Virus record (IMG/VR): IMGVR_UViG_3300005077_000007
Location: 79,249-108,596 of that record
Direction: 5' to 3' (one strand)
From: a virus
DNA: 29,348 nt
Below the pieces are notes generated by a model. The model saw only the letters and a program-made list of their open reading frames with translations. It did not search any database and was not told the DNA's origin. The position numbers and the translations under genes were made by a program. Position 1 is the stretch's first letter, and every line of letters begins with the position of its first letter. This document shows positions 8,275 through 16,446 of this stretch, one piece after another.

Positions 8275-9272
8275 AATATAGCATGAAAAAGAAGCAAACA
8301 AAACATTCGAAAAAACAGCACCATCCGTCCTCTGACTCACGTTACTCTCCAACAAAAAAGAGTACCGTCGCCGTCAAGGGTGGATATGTTTCTGGATTTC
8401 TCAGCACTTGTAAGCATTACATTGAACCAACGATTACATTCGATGGTTTGACTATTTGTGCTGGAAGCGCAACGATGTCGTCATATAAAGATATTGTTGA
8501 TTCCGGCGCGGAGGTCATGATTGATCTTACCGGTGACACTCACAAGCCTCTCCATTCGCACGGTTTCGTAAAGTGCGCAAATTCAGAAATCTCCGATCGT
8601 CTCAATAGGAAAATGAAAAGGAGTATCGAGTTCATTTATCTTGATTGGGATGATTATACAGCCCCTCCGGTTGGTCTTGATTTCTGGCAGGAACTGAAAA
8701 CGCTCATTAAGGAAAAGCAGTGGAAAACCATTGCCCTTGGGTGCGTCGGTGGTCATGGCCGTACTGGCACAGCTATTTGTGCGCTTATGATCGCACATGG
8801 TTATTCAGCAGAATCGGCCATCAAGAATGTTCGGGAAATTTACTGCAAGAAATGTGTAGAGAACGAATCGCAACGGCGGTACCTCTATGAACTTTCCGGT
8901 GAAGAATATGTTCCACCGGCAATAAAGATTACGCCAGAAGAGAGAAGCACTAATCCGTATTCCCGAGAACTTGAGTTTACTTCTGATTTCGAAATCGATG
9001 ATCTCCCTGATTTTTCTGATATCTTTGCTCGTGAAATCATCGATTATCTTGAAGCAACCGATGAATTTGACATTGTTCAATCGAAGAGTGGGTATAAGGT
9101 AACTGCAAGAAATAATCACATTTTCTTTGAGTTACCAATCGGCACACAGTATCTTAGTGAGGATGACCTGGAAAATGCTTTGAAAAAAATCGCCATCGTC
9201 ATGAAAATGAGTGACGCACAGGTGTATAACGAAATTATATCTGCGCCCTTCTCTAAGGAAGGGGAACTATAA
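8271..9272 (+). CDS. CX5R (PTP/dual-specificity-type) phosphatase 1 with extra C-terminal domain
   Basis: P-loop GCVGGHGRTGT (Cys codon 8742), acid loop LDWDDYTAP, Q-loop region AIKNVREIYCKKCVENESQ; start placed at the ATGA overlap at 8271 (ORF is open from 8163). Confidence 0.85.
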   Translation: MKYSMKKKQTKHSKKQHHPSSDSRYSPTKKSTVAVKGGYVSGFLSTCKHYIEPTITFDGLTICAGSATMSSYKDIVDSGAEVMIDLTGDTHKPLHSHGFVKCANSEISDRLNRKMKRSIEFIYLDWDDYTAPPVGLDFWQELKTLIKEKQWKTIALGCVGGHGRTGTAICALMIAHGYSAESAIKNVREIYCKKCVENESQRRYLYELSGEEYVPPAIKITPEERSTNPYSRELEFTSDFEIDDLPDFSDIFAREIIDYLEATDEFDIVQSKSGYKVTARNNHIFFELPIGTQYLSEDDLENALKKIAIVMKMSDAQVYNEIISAPFSKEGEL

Positions 9273-10132
9273 TGTTGGGCGTTGGTGTCCCATATGAAAG
9301 CAGTGGGCTATGCACCCATGTTCCGAAGTTTGTTCTACTACTAACCCATATGGGGAAGGAATTCCAAATTTGGACTTCACGAAAGCACGCAATTCGGAAT
9401 GATAACTGTCCGGTTGATTTGATTATCGATTGTTCGGGTTATTCTGGCAGTAGTATGAATAAGATCGTTTCCTGCCCCGATCTGCCAGAATTAGAGAAAA
9501 TCTTCGTACCTCAAGGTGCGATTATCGCTCATTTCGATTGGCCCGATCATCGAAGCATTAAAATATCCCTTTCCCAATGGAAAGAATTGCTCGATTTGTG
9601 CCATGCGCGAGATATTCGCAAGATTCTATTCTGTTGCCTCGGAGCGCACGGACGAACCGGAACGGCAATGGCTACTTTTCTTGTTGCGGCGGGGGTTGCC
9701 CCAAAGGAAGCGATTGAGCTTGTTCGTAAGCATCATTGCTCAAAAGCTATCGAATCGCGTGACCAGGTTGAATATATCCTTACAGCCTGTGGTAGCGTGG
9801 ATGTTGACGATGCTGTCATAGAGCAATACGACACAAACTCGTTCTATCGCTCTGCGGCAACTCCACTGTTTCCGTATGTTCCGCAGGATAGCACGAAGTT
9901 GCTTCCTAAGAAAACAATAAATGGTTCAGATATCCGACGGTATCTTCTCAAAAGAGGGTATGATTGTAGATACCAAATGGGTCGATCGTGGCACTGGAAA
10001 GACAGGCAAGGAGAAGAAAGGGAAGAGATTTTCATTCCCCCATACCCAACGGAACTCGAATGTCAAGAAATTATCAAAACCATTGCGAAACTCGAAGATG
10101 CTTCAATTGATTTACTAAAAGAAGAAATCTAA
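9272..10132 (+). CDS. CX5R (PTP/dual-specificity-type) phosphatase 2 with extra C-terminal domain
   Basis: P-loop CCLGAHGRTGT (Cys codon 9635), WPD loop FDWPDH, AIELVRKHHCSKAIESRDQ; TAATG coupling to phosphatase 1. Confidence 0.85.
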   Translation: MLGVGVPYESSGLCTHVPKFVLLLTHMGKEFQIWTSRKHAIRNDNCPVDLIIDCSGYSGSSMNKIVSCPDLPELEKIFVPQGAIIAHFDWPDHRSIKISLSQWKELLDLCHARDIRKILFCCLGAHGRTGTAMATFLVAAGVAPKEAIELVRKHHCSKAIESRDQVEYILTACGSVDVDDAVIEQYDTNSFYRSAATPLFPYVPQDSTKLLPKKTINGSDIRRYLLKRGYDCRYQMGRSWHWKDRQGEEREEIFIPPYPTELECQEIIKTIAKLEDASIDLLKEEI

Positions 10133-10154
10133 AAATTCATCCACGGTTAATGCA

Positions 10155-10388
10155 ATGTTTAACCCAAAAGTAGCGATTTGTAAAATCTGTGGCAAGGAAA
10201 TTCCATACGTTTATGAATTTTACCATCAATCATCAATGCATATCGAGTGTGGCACCACGGACGCCACTTTTTTGACGGTCCATGAATCGATAGAAACCCT
10301 CGTTCGACTGCTGCGTGTTTCTGGCTCCGCGCATGATCTATACGCACGGCTTGAGCGGGAAAATGTCCGTCTTGTGCGGAGGAAATAA
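10155..10388 (+). CDS. small putative Zn-binding protein
   Basis: CKICG...HIEC. Confidence 0.6.
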   Translation: MFNPKVAICKICGKEIPYVYEFYHQSSMHIECGTTDATFLTVHESIETLVRLLRVSGSAHDLYARLERENVRLVRRK

Positions 10389-10425
10389 TCCTTCTCGCGG
10401 CGAGCAAAGAAAAAATAAAAGGTGC

Positions 10426-10453
10426 TTGCCAACCCCATCTGGCGTGGTACACT
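10426..10453 (+). promoter_or_regulatory. sigma70-type promoter
   Basis: TTGCCA-16 nt-TACACT with TG extended -10 and an A-rich UP-like tract upstream; intergenic. Confidence 0.65.
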
Positions 10454-10530
10454 AGGGTCATAGTGGTGATGTGTCGTTCGGGGGGTGTCATTTAACGCCC
10501 CATCTCACACAAGAAAGGAAAAAACAGTAT

Positions 10531-10959
10531 ATGGCTCGACACAAGGAATTGGGAACAATCAATATCAACGGTAAGTCTACCAAGGTCTATGTTCGGACTG
10601 AGGGAAACAGTATGGTCTTTTGGGCGCGGATTGGGGAAATCGTGGTCGAATCCACGAATCCTCAGGAATTGGCTAATCAGGCCGAGCAGGTTTCTCTGGC
10701 TCTGGCAAAGGCCACGTTCGAACCCGCCCGTTTGGTTCGTATCACCAACAAGGTTTCTGGTATTTCTATCGAAACCTTGGATGTCCAAACGGCAAAGGTC
10801 GGCGACTACGATCTCGTGAAGATTAACGAGAATATTCGCCGTCTCGAAACTGGAATGGTTTCCGAGAACCTGTTTCAGACCGTTAAGGAAGCGGGATATA
10901 CTCCCGATCTCACGGCGCTTGATGAGGCATTCAATGGCCTCGTTGAGGCAATTCAGTAA
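10531..10959 (+). CDS. hypothetical protein
   Basis: ORF 10471-10959, likely ATG at 10531 (MARHKELG) after GAAAGGA. Confidence 0.75.
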   Translation: MARHKELGTININGKSTKVYVRTEGNSMVFWARIGEIVVESTNPQELANQAEQVSLALAKATFEPARLVRITNKVSGISIETLDVQTAKVGDYDLVKINENIRRLETGMVSENLFQTVKEAGYTPDLTALDEAFNGLVEAIQ

Positions 10960-10967
10960 GTTCCCCC

Positions 10968-11174
10968 ATGCGACACATCACACTAAGAATTACCCGAGAG
11001 GAGGCGAGGCAAATTATTGCCTCGCTTTCTCTTGATTATTCCATGTCTATTTCTCAAGAAAAAATCGAAAGAATTAGCAAGCTGAAAACCAAGGTCAGAA
11101 AACAACTTGAACAAATTTTCCGAGATAATCACCTTGTTGCGGTAAGGAATGGAGAAAAAGTTGAATCACAATAA
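10968..11174 (+). CDS. hypothetical protein
   Basis: 68-aa ORF in the array. Confidence 0.6.
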   Translation: MRHITLRITREEARQIIASLSLDYSMSISQEKIERISKLKTKVRKQLEQIFRDNHLVAVRNGEKVESQ

Positions 11175-11586
11175 CTTTATCCCCACCATTACGCAAGACA
11201 CGCGAACAACGGTTATCGTTAATTGCCCTACGGGAGACTTTCGTTTTGAAAGTCTCCCTTCTGCGCTTGTGGCAATCTATCGTCACGCTGAACAGCGGGC
11301 ATCGTATAAATACCCAATAACGGTATCGGTATTTTTGGATAAATCTATCTCAATAAATTTATTTCGTGAATCCTGGGTTTCCGTCATTGGGCCGATTGAT
11401 TACATTCAATGTTCAAGAATGGAAGCGACGGGCGCGGTCGTGAACGACCAGATGAAGATTGAATCACTACCATCATGCTGGTTTATTTCACAGACGTTCA
11501 GGCGGATTCCAGAATATCCAGAGGGAACACCGGATGTTCCAAGCGTCCTTGGGATTTTGGAGCTATGCAGCATCTACCATACCTAA
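11149..11586 (+). CDS. hypothetical protein
   Basis: 145-aa ORF in the array. Confidence 0.65.
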   Translation: MEKKLNHNNFIPTITQDTRTTVIVNCPTGDFRFESLPSALVAIYRHAEQRASYKYPITVSVFLDKSISINLFRESWVSVIGPIDYIQCSRMEATGAVVNDQMKIESLPSCWFISQTFRRIPEYPEGTPDVPSVLGILELCSIYHT

Positions 11587-11598
11587 AAGGAAAAAGCT

Positions 11599-12054
11599 AT
11601 GAGCAAAGATAAAGAGAATTCACTTTCGTTTGGATTTAAATATGTCAATCTTTCGCAAGCGCCAATCATGACTGTTGGAGCACTCTGCGATGATGCGAAT
11701 GATCGAATTGATCTGATTATGAAGGATGTTCTGGAGACTATCCAGAACGATGGCAAGGCCGGGGATCTTGTTGAGAGAATTGTTTACGAAATTGGGGAAA
11801 TCGGTATTCAGCTTCTCCGATCTCGCGTTCTTCTCTTGGAATCAACGAACCTCAGACCAAATGGATTTGAAAAAGTTCTCGATGATACTGTGAACGAGAT
11901 ACGAAATCGCTCCGCTTTGCTTATTAAATCCTGCCCATCCCGAAGCGAGAGAATTCAAGTCATCCTTGACGATCTCAATGAATACGCTACGATGAAGAAA
12001 GAGATGTACGATGCGCTCAATGAAAAATCGGAAAGTGAAAATGTAGAAAAATGA
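11599..12054 (+). CDS. hypothetical helical protein
   Basis: 151 aa; AAGGA RBS. Confidence 0.7.
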   Translation: MSKDKENSLSFGFKYVNLSQAPIMTVGALCDDANDRIDLIMKDVLETIQNDGKAGDLVERIVYEIGEIGIQLLRSRVLLLESTNLRPNGFEKVLDDTVNEIRNRSALLIKSCPSRSERIQVILDDLNEYATMKKEMYDALNEKSESENVEK

Positions 12055-12581
12055 GGAGAACCTATTTCATAATAGACGTAGAAGCGGACGGGCCATATCC
12101 ACCGCAATTCAGTATGGTATCGCTTGGTGCGGTGAAATTGACTCGATCGCTTGATACGCTCTTTTTCGGAAGCTGCGCGCCAATCAGCGATACCTATTGC
12201 CAAAAAAGCCTGAACGTATGCCAACTCCCGAGAGAGCTTACCTTGAAATACGAACATCCGTATGTCACAATGAACGCATTTCGTATGTGGCTAGAGGATC
12301 ATACGGATGGGATTCCGGTATTTGTCACGGATAATCTTGCTTTTGATTGGCAATTTATGAATTACTACCTGTATACCTATACGGGTAGTAATCCTTTTGG
12401 GTATTCGGGCGTTCGTATCAACGATTTGTGGAGCGGCCTGAATAGAAAAATGGGCATCAAGTGGAAGCATCTTCGACGAACAAAGCATACCCATAATCCG
12501 GTAGATGACGCCAAGGGCAATGCGGAAGCTTTGATGCATATGATCGATAAATATTCGCTCAACATTGATATTCCGCTATGA
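12051..12581 (+). CDS. DEDDh 3'-5' exonuclease (DnaQ-like; RNase AS/Rv2179c-like)
   Basis: ExoI IDVEADG, ExoII DNLAFDW, ExoIII HNPVDDA. Confidence 0.88.
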   Translation: MRRTYFIIDVEADGPYPPQFSMVSLGAVKLTRSLDTLFFGSCAPISDTYCQKSLNVCQLPRELTLKYEHPYVTMNAFRMWLEDHTDGIPVFVTDNLAFDWQFMNYYLYTYTGSNPFGYSGVRINDLWSGLNRKMGIKWKHLRRTKHTHNPVDDAKGNAEALMHMIDKYSLNIDIPL

Positions 12582-12760
12582 AACACGATCCCAATATACA
12601 GTTAACGTATCTACCAAACCAGAAAGCGTACGCCGTGCGCTTTCATAAGAAATACCTTGGCCTTATTCGGTTTCAGCCACCGCAGTATCCATTTTCAAAG
12701 GAAACCGCAGAAAGGAAATCCAATGCGTGTCCTCGGGGAGACAACCCTCATCGCAAATAG
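12578..12760 (+). CDS. hypothetical protein
   Basis: 60 aa; ATGA overlap. Confidence 0.5.
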   Translation: MKHDPNIQLTYLPNQKAYAVRFHKKYLGLIRFQPPQYPFSKETAERKSNACPRGDNPHRK

Positions 12761-12972
12761 ATATTAGCCTATTGAAAATCGCCATTACGCTCGGCTGCAT
12801 CGTGCTCGCTGGCCTCATAGCCGCAGCGCAAATCTTCGTTGCGTCTTGCATTAAGGAATGGCGTAAATATAAGATTAGAAAAGAGCAGGAAAATAAAGGT
12901 AATGACGATGAAATCGTAATCGAAGAGCCACCAGACGACGATAATTGGAATTTTCGTATGCCATACAAATGA
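12727..12972 (+). CDS. single-pass membrane protein
   Basis: Hydrophobic IAITLGCIVLAGLIAAAQIFV followed by basic then acidic tail. Confidence 0.6.
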   Translation: MSSGRQPSSQIDISLLKIAITLGCIVLAGLIAAAQIFVASCIKEWRKYKIRKEQENKGNDDEIVIEEPPDDDNWNFRMPYK

Positions 12973-12982
12973 AAGGAATATC

Positions 12983-13129
12983 ATGGTTAAGGTTCTCAAG
13001 TGTTCATGCAGTCACGCTTTCCAAGATGAAGAATACGGGAAGTCGAATCGTGTCCATAATTCACGCGTGAAGAAGGGTGAATACCGTTGCACGGTTTGTG
13101 GAAATATCAAGAAGTTGAATGAAGAGTAG
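12983..13129 (+). CDS. 48-aa Zn-binding phage protein
   Basis: GAAAGGA RBS; MVKVLKCSCSHAFQDEEYGKSNRVHN...YRCTVCG; absent from the ORF track because of size. Confidence 0.75.
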   Translation: MVKVLKCSCSHAFQDEEYGKSNRVHNSRVKKGEYRCTVCGNIKKLNEE

Positions 13130-13131
13130 TA

Positions 13132-13326
13132 ATGGCAAAGGAAATAAAGAATAGTACCGAGGCGGATCGTCAGTTGATCCGTAAGCTGAATGGCCTCTAC
13201 GTTGGTCAATTAGACGACGACGAAATGGAATCATTCAGAAGGTGTGTAAAGGATAGAGTCGCCGTGAATGATTATGGACACCCCGGCGGGCTATTCAATC
13301 TAGCGAAGATACGGTACACGGGTTGA
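13132..13326 (+). CDS. hypothetical protein
   Basis: 64-aa ORF in the array. Confidence 0.6.
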   Translation: MAKEIKNSTEADRQLIRKLNGLYVGQLDDDEMESFRRCVKDRVAVNDYGHPGGLFNLAKIRYTG

Positions 13327-13477
13327 ATTGAGCAACAGAGCAGTTTGGCAAGACTTAGGGTATGGAAAGACAAAAATGAAGTCTAACCCAACTTCATATA
13401 CAAATCTTTCGCCCTTGCTAGAGGGAACGCGGAGTGATTATCTTCGCCTTGCCAAAACCTTTTCGGATTTAAAATGA

Positions 13478-13552
13478 GCACCCGTACCTCAATTCAGGTA
13501 GAGGAGGCCCCTTATAAGGGCTCAGTTGCGGGTTCGAATCCCGCCGGGTGCA
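13478..13552 (+). tRNA. trnI: tRNA-Ile, anticodon TAT (UAU); CCA not encoded
   Basis: Cloverleaf: acceptor GCACCCG/CGGGTGC, D-stem CCTC/GAGG, anticodon stem GGCCC/GGGCT with loop CTTATAA (TAT at 13513-13515), T-arm GCGGG-TTCGAAT-CCCGC, discriminator A. Confidence 0.92.
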
Positions 13553-13648
13553 TTATTAAGCAAAAAAGAAAACGGGAAAGAGTCGCTAGCGATATGCAAG
13601 TAATTATTGAAGCAATAGGGAAACGAAAGAAAAAAAAAGGAAAGAAAA

Positions 13649-13819
13649 ATGACGCTATTGCGAGTTGTGAAAGCTATCTTCCTTAACGAAAATATCAGCG
13701 ATAAAGATTTAGCAGAAACAATAGAATGGCTATCGAAGGGCATTACTGATCCAGCGGTATTTTGTCGTGTCGCAAAAAAGCTCGAGAAACAACGAAAATA
13801 CGAAGAAAAATTCGTATAG
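13649..13819 (+). CDS. small hypothetical protein (56 aa)
   Basis: AAGGA RBS; MTLLRVVKAIFLNENISDKDLAETIEWL...EEKFV*. Confidence 0.6.
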   Translation: MTLLRVVKAIFLNENISDKDLAETIEWLSKGITDPAVFCRVAKKLEKQRKYEEKFV

Positions 13820-13829
13820 AAAGGACCAC

Positions 13830-14303
13830 ATGAAAGCGCAGGAAATGTATACACGAACGGATGGTAAGTTTCAGGAAATCCTTGATGGTTTCAATGGAAT
13901 CATTGAGCCTGGGATTGAGTTTAGTTGGGACGATGGATACGGACGGTGGTTAAAAAACTTTCATCATTACGAATATCCCGTTCTGGCGATTCATCCAGAA
14001 TTTGTGATTCTCGCGGCCGGTTCCAAGAGAATCCGGGTTCATGCGGCCGATGTTGAAATTGTCACAGTCGAACAGAGGGAGGAATTGTTAATTTTTCTCT
14101 CTCAGAATCTTTGTTGTGACGATGAAATTTCGGATGAAGAAATGCATCAATATTTCGCTGACCATCGGTACGGCATTGTTGCTTGGAAGAGGGCAAGCAA
14201 ATATTTTGTGAATAACGTTCCAACTTCATGGGGGTGCGGTACGTACCGATGGGACGGTACTCTCTGGAAGCGTATTGCTGAAAACTATGACTCAAGTGAC
14301 TGA
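13830..14303 (+). CDS. hypothetical protein
   Basis: ORF 13767-14303, likely ATG at 13830 after GAAAGGA. Confidence 0.7.
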   Translation: MKAQEMYTRTDGKFQEILDGFNGIIEPGIEFSWDDGYGRWLKNFHHYEYPVLAIHPEFVILAAGSKRIRVHAADVEIVTVEQREELLIFLSQNLCCDDEISDEEMHQYFADHRYGIVAWKRASKYFVNNVPTSWGCGTYRWDGTLWKRIAENYDSSD

Positions 14304-14315
14304 TGACTGAGAAAG

Positions 14316-14768
14316 GTGCATATGGAATATATCGAACGAGCGCAATTCCCCGATAATCTGATACCGCCTTTGCGCGTAGCGTCCGATCGGGTTAGTCAAC
14401 GGTTGGATTTTTATGTAGACTATTTTCTTTCAGGTTCGAAAATCGAACGATCACATATCGTCGGTGAGGGTATCATTCGGCCGAGGTATGATCCAGATGG
14501 AATCGACCTTTGCGGAATAATTATTACTCCACGATTCTACGATCTCGTTCCGACTCTTACGGGGAAAAAGCGTATTATACTTTTCGATATTTTTATCCCT
14601 AAGGGCATATGGGAACCGGAACCAACCAGTGCCTGCATGTCGAACCATCCGTATAAAACATACTATAGTGGGTTGACCGAGTATGCGGTCCCGCAAAAAG
14701 CGATGTTGGCTCTCGTTGAATTGTCCATGAGTAAACTCGAGGCATGGAAAGATCACGTATCGAAATAA
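14316..14768 (+). CDS. hypothetical protein
   Basis: 150 aa; alternative start at ATG 14322. Confidence 0.65.
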   Translation: MHMEYIERAQFPDNLIPPLRVASDRVSQRLDFYVDYFLSGSKIERSHIVGEGIIRPRYDPDGIDLCGIIITPRFYDLVPTLTGKKRIILFDIFIPKGIWEPEPTSACMSNHPYKTYYSGLTEYAVPQKAMLALVELSMSKLEAWKDHVSK

Positions 14769-14783
14769 AGGAAGAAAAAAAAA

Positions 14784-15074
14784 ATGAAGATGATTTGGAA
14801 ATTCCCCTTGGAGTTCCGTAAGTATCAAGAAATAGAAGTGCCGGTTGGTGCAAGATTTCTGAGCGTTCAGAATCAGAGAAACACGCCGACAATTTGGGCA
14901 GAAGTTTCACCAAACAAGGGCGGGGCAGGAATGGAATTGAGCACTGAGCGGTGGAGAATCGCTATGTACGATACTGGATCGAGTTTCGACTGGGAAAATC
15001 AAATGTATCTTGGCACGGTGCAGTTGTATAACGGCGAGAGCGTCGTTCATGTATACGAGATTCCGTATGAGTGA
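14784..15074 (+). CDS. conserved phage protein (IWKFPL...VQNQ...IWAEV...TG...YLGTVQ...VHVYE family)
   Basis: Motif pattern of a common uncharacterised phage family. Confidence 0.78.
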   Translation: MKMIWKFPLEFRKYQEIEVPVGARFLSVQNQRNTPTIWAEVSPNKGGAGMELSTERWRIAMYDTGSSFDWENQMYLGTVQLYNGESVVHVYEIPYE

Positions 15075-15087
15075 GAGGTAAAATAAA

Positions 15088-15522
15088 ATGCATTATCACG
15101 TCAAAAATGCCCTATTGAGTATCAGTAGAACCGTCAACGTTCCATTTGGCTTAAGGAATGGTATAGCCGTAGAAAATCCAGATGGGGTAGAATTTAGGCT
15201 TGAATTGATCTGTAGTATTCGAGCCTATTCTTCACCTGGAAAACTATACGGCCCGCCCGAGAATTGTTATCCATCAGAAAAAGATATTGAAATTGAGGCA
15301 CTTTCCGCAAAAATCTACGCAAACGACGTTCCGATTCCGTGGGCCTTTGTGAACTTTCCTCCAGATATATATAAGGATTTGTCAGCAGAGGAAATTCTCG
15401 AATTGGAGGAAAAGGCGTGGGAGGCGGTTGATACACAATGTGAAATCAATGATGCTAAAAGAGACGACGCTGAATATGAACGACTCCAAGAACTATATGC
15501 CTACCAAGATTCTATCGAATGA
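15088..15522 (+). CDS. hypothetical protein
   Basis: 144 aa; PGKLYGPPENCYP motif; GAGGT RBS. Confidence 0.7.
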   Translation: MHYHVKNALLSISRTVNVPFGLRNGIAVENPDGVEFRLELICSIRAYSSPGKLYGPPENCYPSEKDIEIEALSAKIYANDVPIPWAFVNFPPDIYKDLSAEEILELEEKAWEAVDTQCEINDAKRDDAEYERLQELYAYQDSIE

Positions 15523-15694
15523 AGAGGGCGGTACCCTTCAGGGCGCACTTAAAAGACTTGGCCGTGGCGCTGATTCGGGGATTGGTGCCTCGCTATCTAG
15601 CGAAGAATGTCTCTGCCTTCTCAATCTCATTGTGGATTTAAGTATGTTTCGTGATCTTTATCACGCAAGAAAAGAAAAGGAGAAAAAAACATAA
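15428..15694 (+). CDS. hypothetical protein (start uncertain, possibly 15497)
   Basis: ORF fills the gap; TAATG coupling to the next gene. Confidence 0.5.
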   Translation: MIHNVKSMMLKETTLNMNDSKNYMPTKILSNEEGGTLQGALKRLGRGADSGIGASLSSEECLCLLNLIVDLSMFRDLYHARKEKEKKT

Positions 15695-15903
15695 TGGATT
15701 TTTGCCGTGAATGTGGCACAATGGCGCCCGAAGAAAACTCTTGCTGTGAGCTGGTTTCGGAGTTGCAAGCCGAAATCATAAGGCAACGGGAAGTCATTGC
15801 CAGTCTACGGGAAATGGTTCGTCGTCTGACGTGCGATGATTTGCATACCGAAGAGGTTATTAAAATGTTTCAATTAGTTTTTGGTCATAAAACTGGAGGA
15901 TAA
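15694..15903 (+). CDS. small Cys-rich/coiled-coil protein
   Basis: CRECG...CC followed by a heptad-like helix. Confidence 0.6.
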   Translation: MDFCRECGTMAPEENSCCELVSELQAEIIRQREVIASLREMVRRLTCDDLHTEEVIKMFQLVFGHKTGG

Positions 15904-15904
15904 T

Positions 15905-16156
15905 ATGGGAACGCAACAGGATCTCGCGCTCGAGATTTTCCGTTACTTAGAAAGTATGGGTGGGTGCAGGCTCGGTGAAATTAAAGAAAAATTCAAAGAT
16001 ACCGAAAAGGATGGAATTGATATTATGCATTTTGTCAATGGTATGGTAAAATCCGGCTCTGTTATTGAAATCGAATTTGTCATACCACTCGACAATGAAC
16101 AAACGATTTTTAAAACTGGCTCGTTTTTCTTGCCGGGCCATGCTAGAATTCTTTAA
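15905..16156 (+). CDS. hypothetical protein, possibly winged helix
   Basis: GGAGG RBS before ATG 15905; helix-helix-helix then LV..G.V beta pattern. Confidence 0.6.
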   Translation: MGTQQDLALEIFRYLESMGGCRLGEIKEKFKDTEKDGIDIMHFVNGMVKSGSVIEIEFVIPLDNEQTIFKTGSFFLPGHARIL

Positions 16157-16171
16157 CGAAAGGAATATCGT

Positions 16172-16399
16172 ATGCCTACATCAGAAAATCTCTTCTTCTG
16201 CGGCCCCGTTATCGAGGGTACTGCTTACGTTTTTGCAAGTGAAATTGAACTCTATATTGACGATAAGACCCTAGAACACGCCGTTGATTTTCCACTAGAT
16301 AAATGCCTTCGGCTCAGATGTGGTTCGAGGTATGCATGGTTCTCCTTGAATGATATTGCAATGGGGATTTTCGCAGGAGGCGGGAATGAATCGGCTTAA
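16172..16399 (+). CDS. hypothetical protein, paralog A
   Basis: IELYIDDKTLEHA..P.DKC...WFSLNDIAMGIF; paralog of 16447-16746. Confidence 0.75.
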   Translation: MPTSENLFFCGPVIEGTAYVFASEIELYIDDKTLEHAVDFPLDKCLRLRCGSRYAWFSLNDIAMGIFAGGGNESA

Positions 16400-16446
16400 T
16401 CCCGATCATTCCAATACATGCGATCAATGTTCATAAGGAATATGAT

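Noticed and set aside
13449-13475. TTGCCA...TAAAAT as the tRNA promoter
   Set aside because: The spacer is only 15 nt and the TSS would fall inside the tRNA.
13474-13686. 70-aa ORF in the track
   Set aside because: It reads through the tRNA cloverleaf and an A-rich spacer; shadow ORF.
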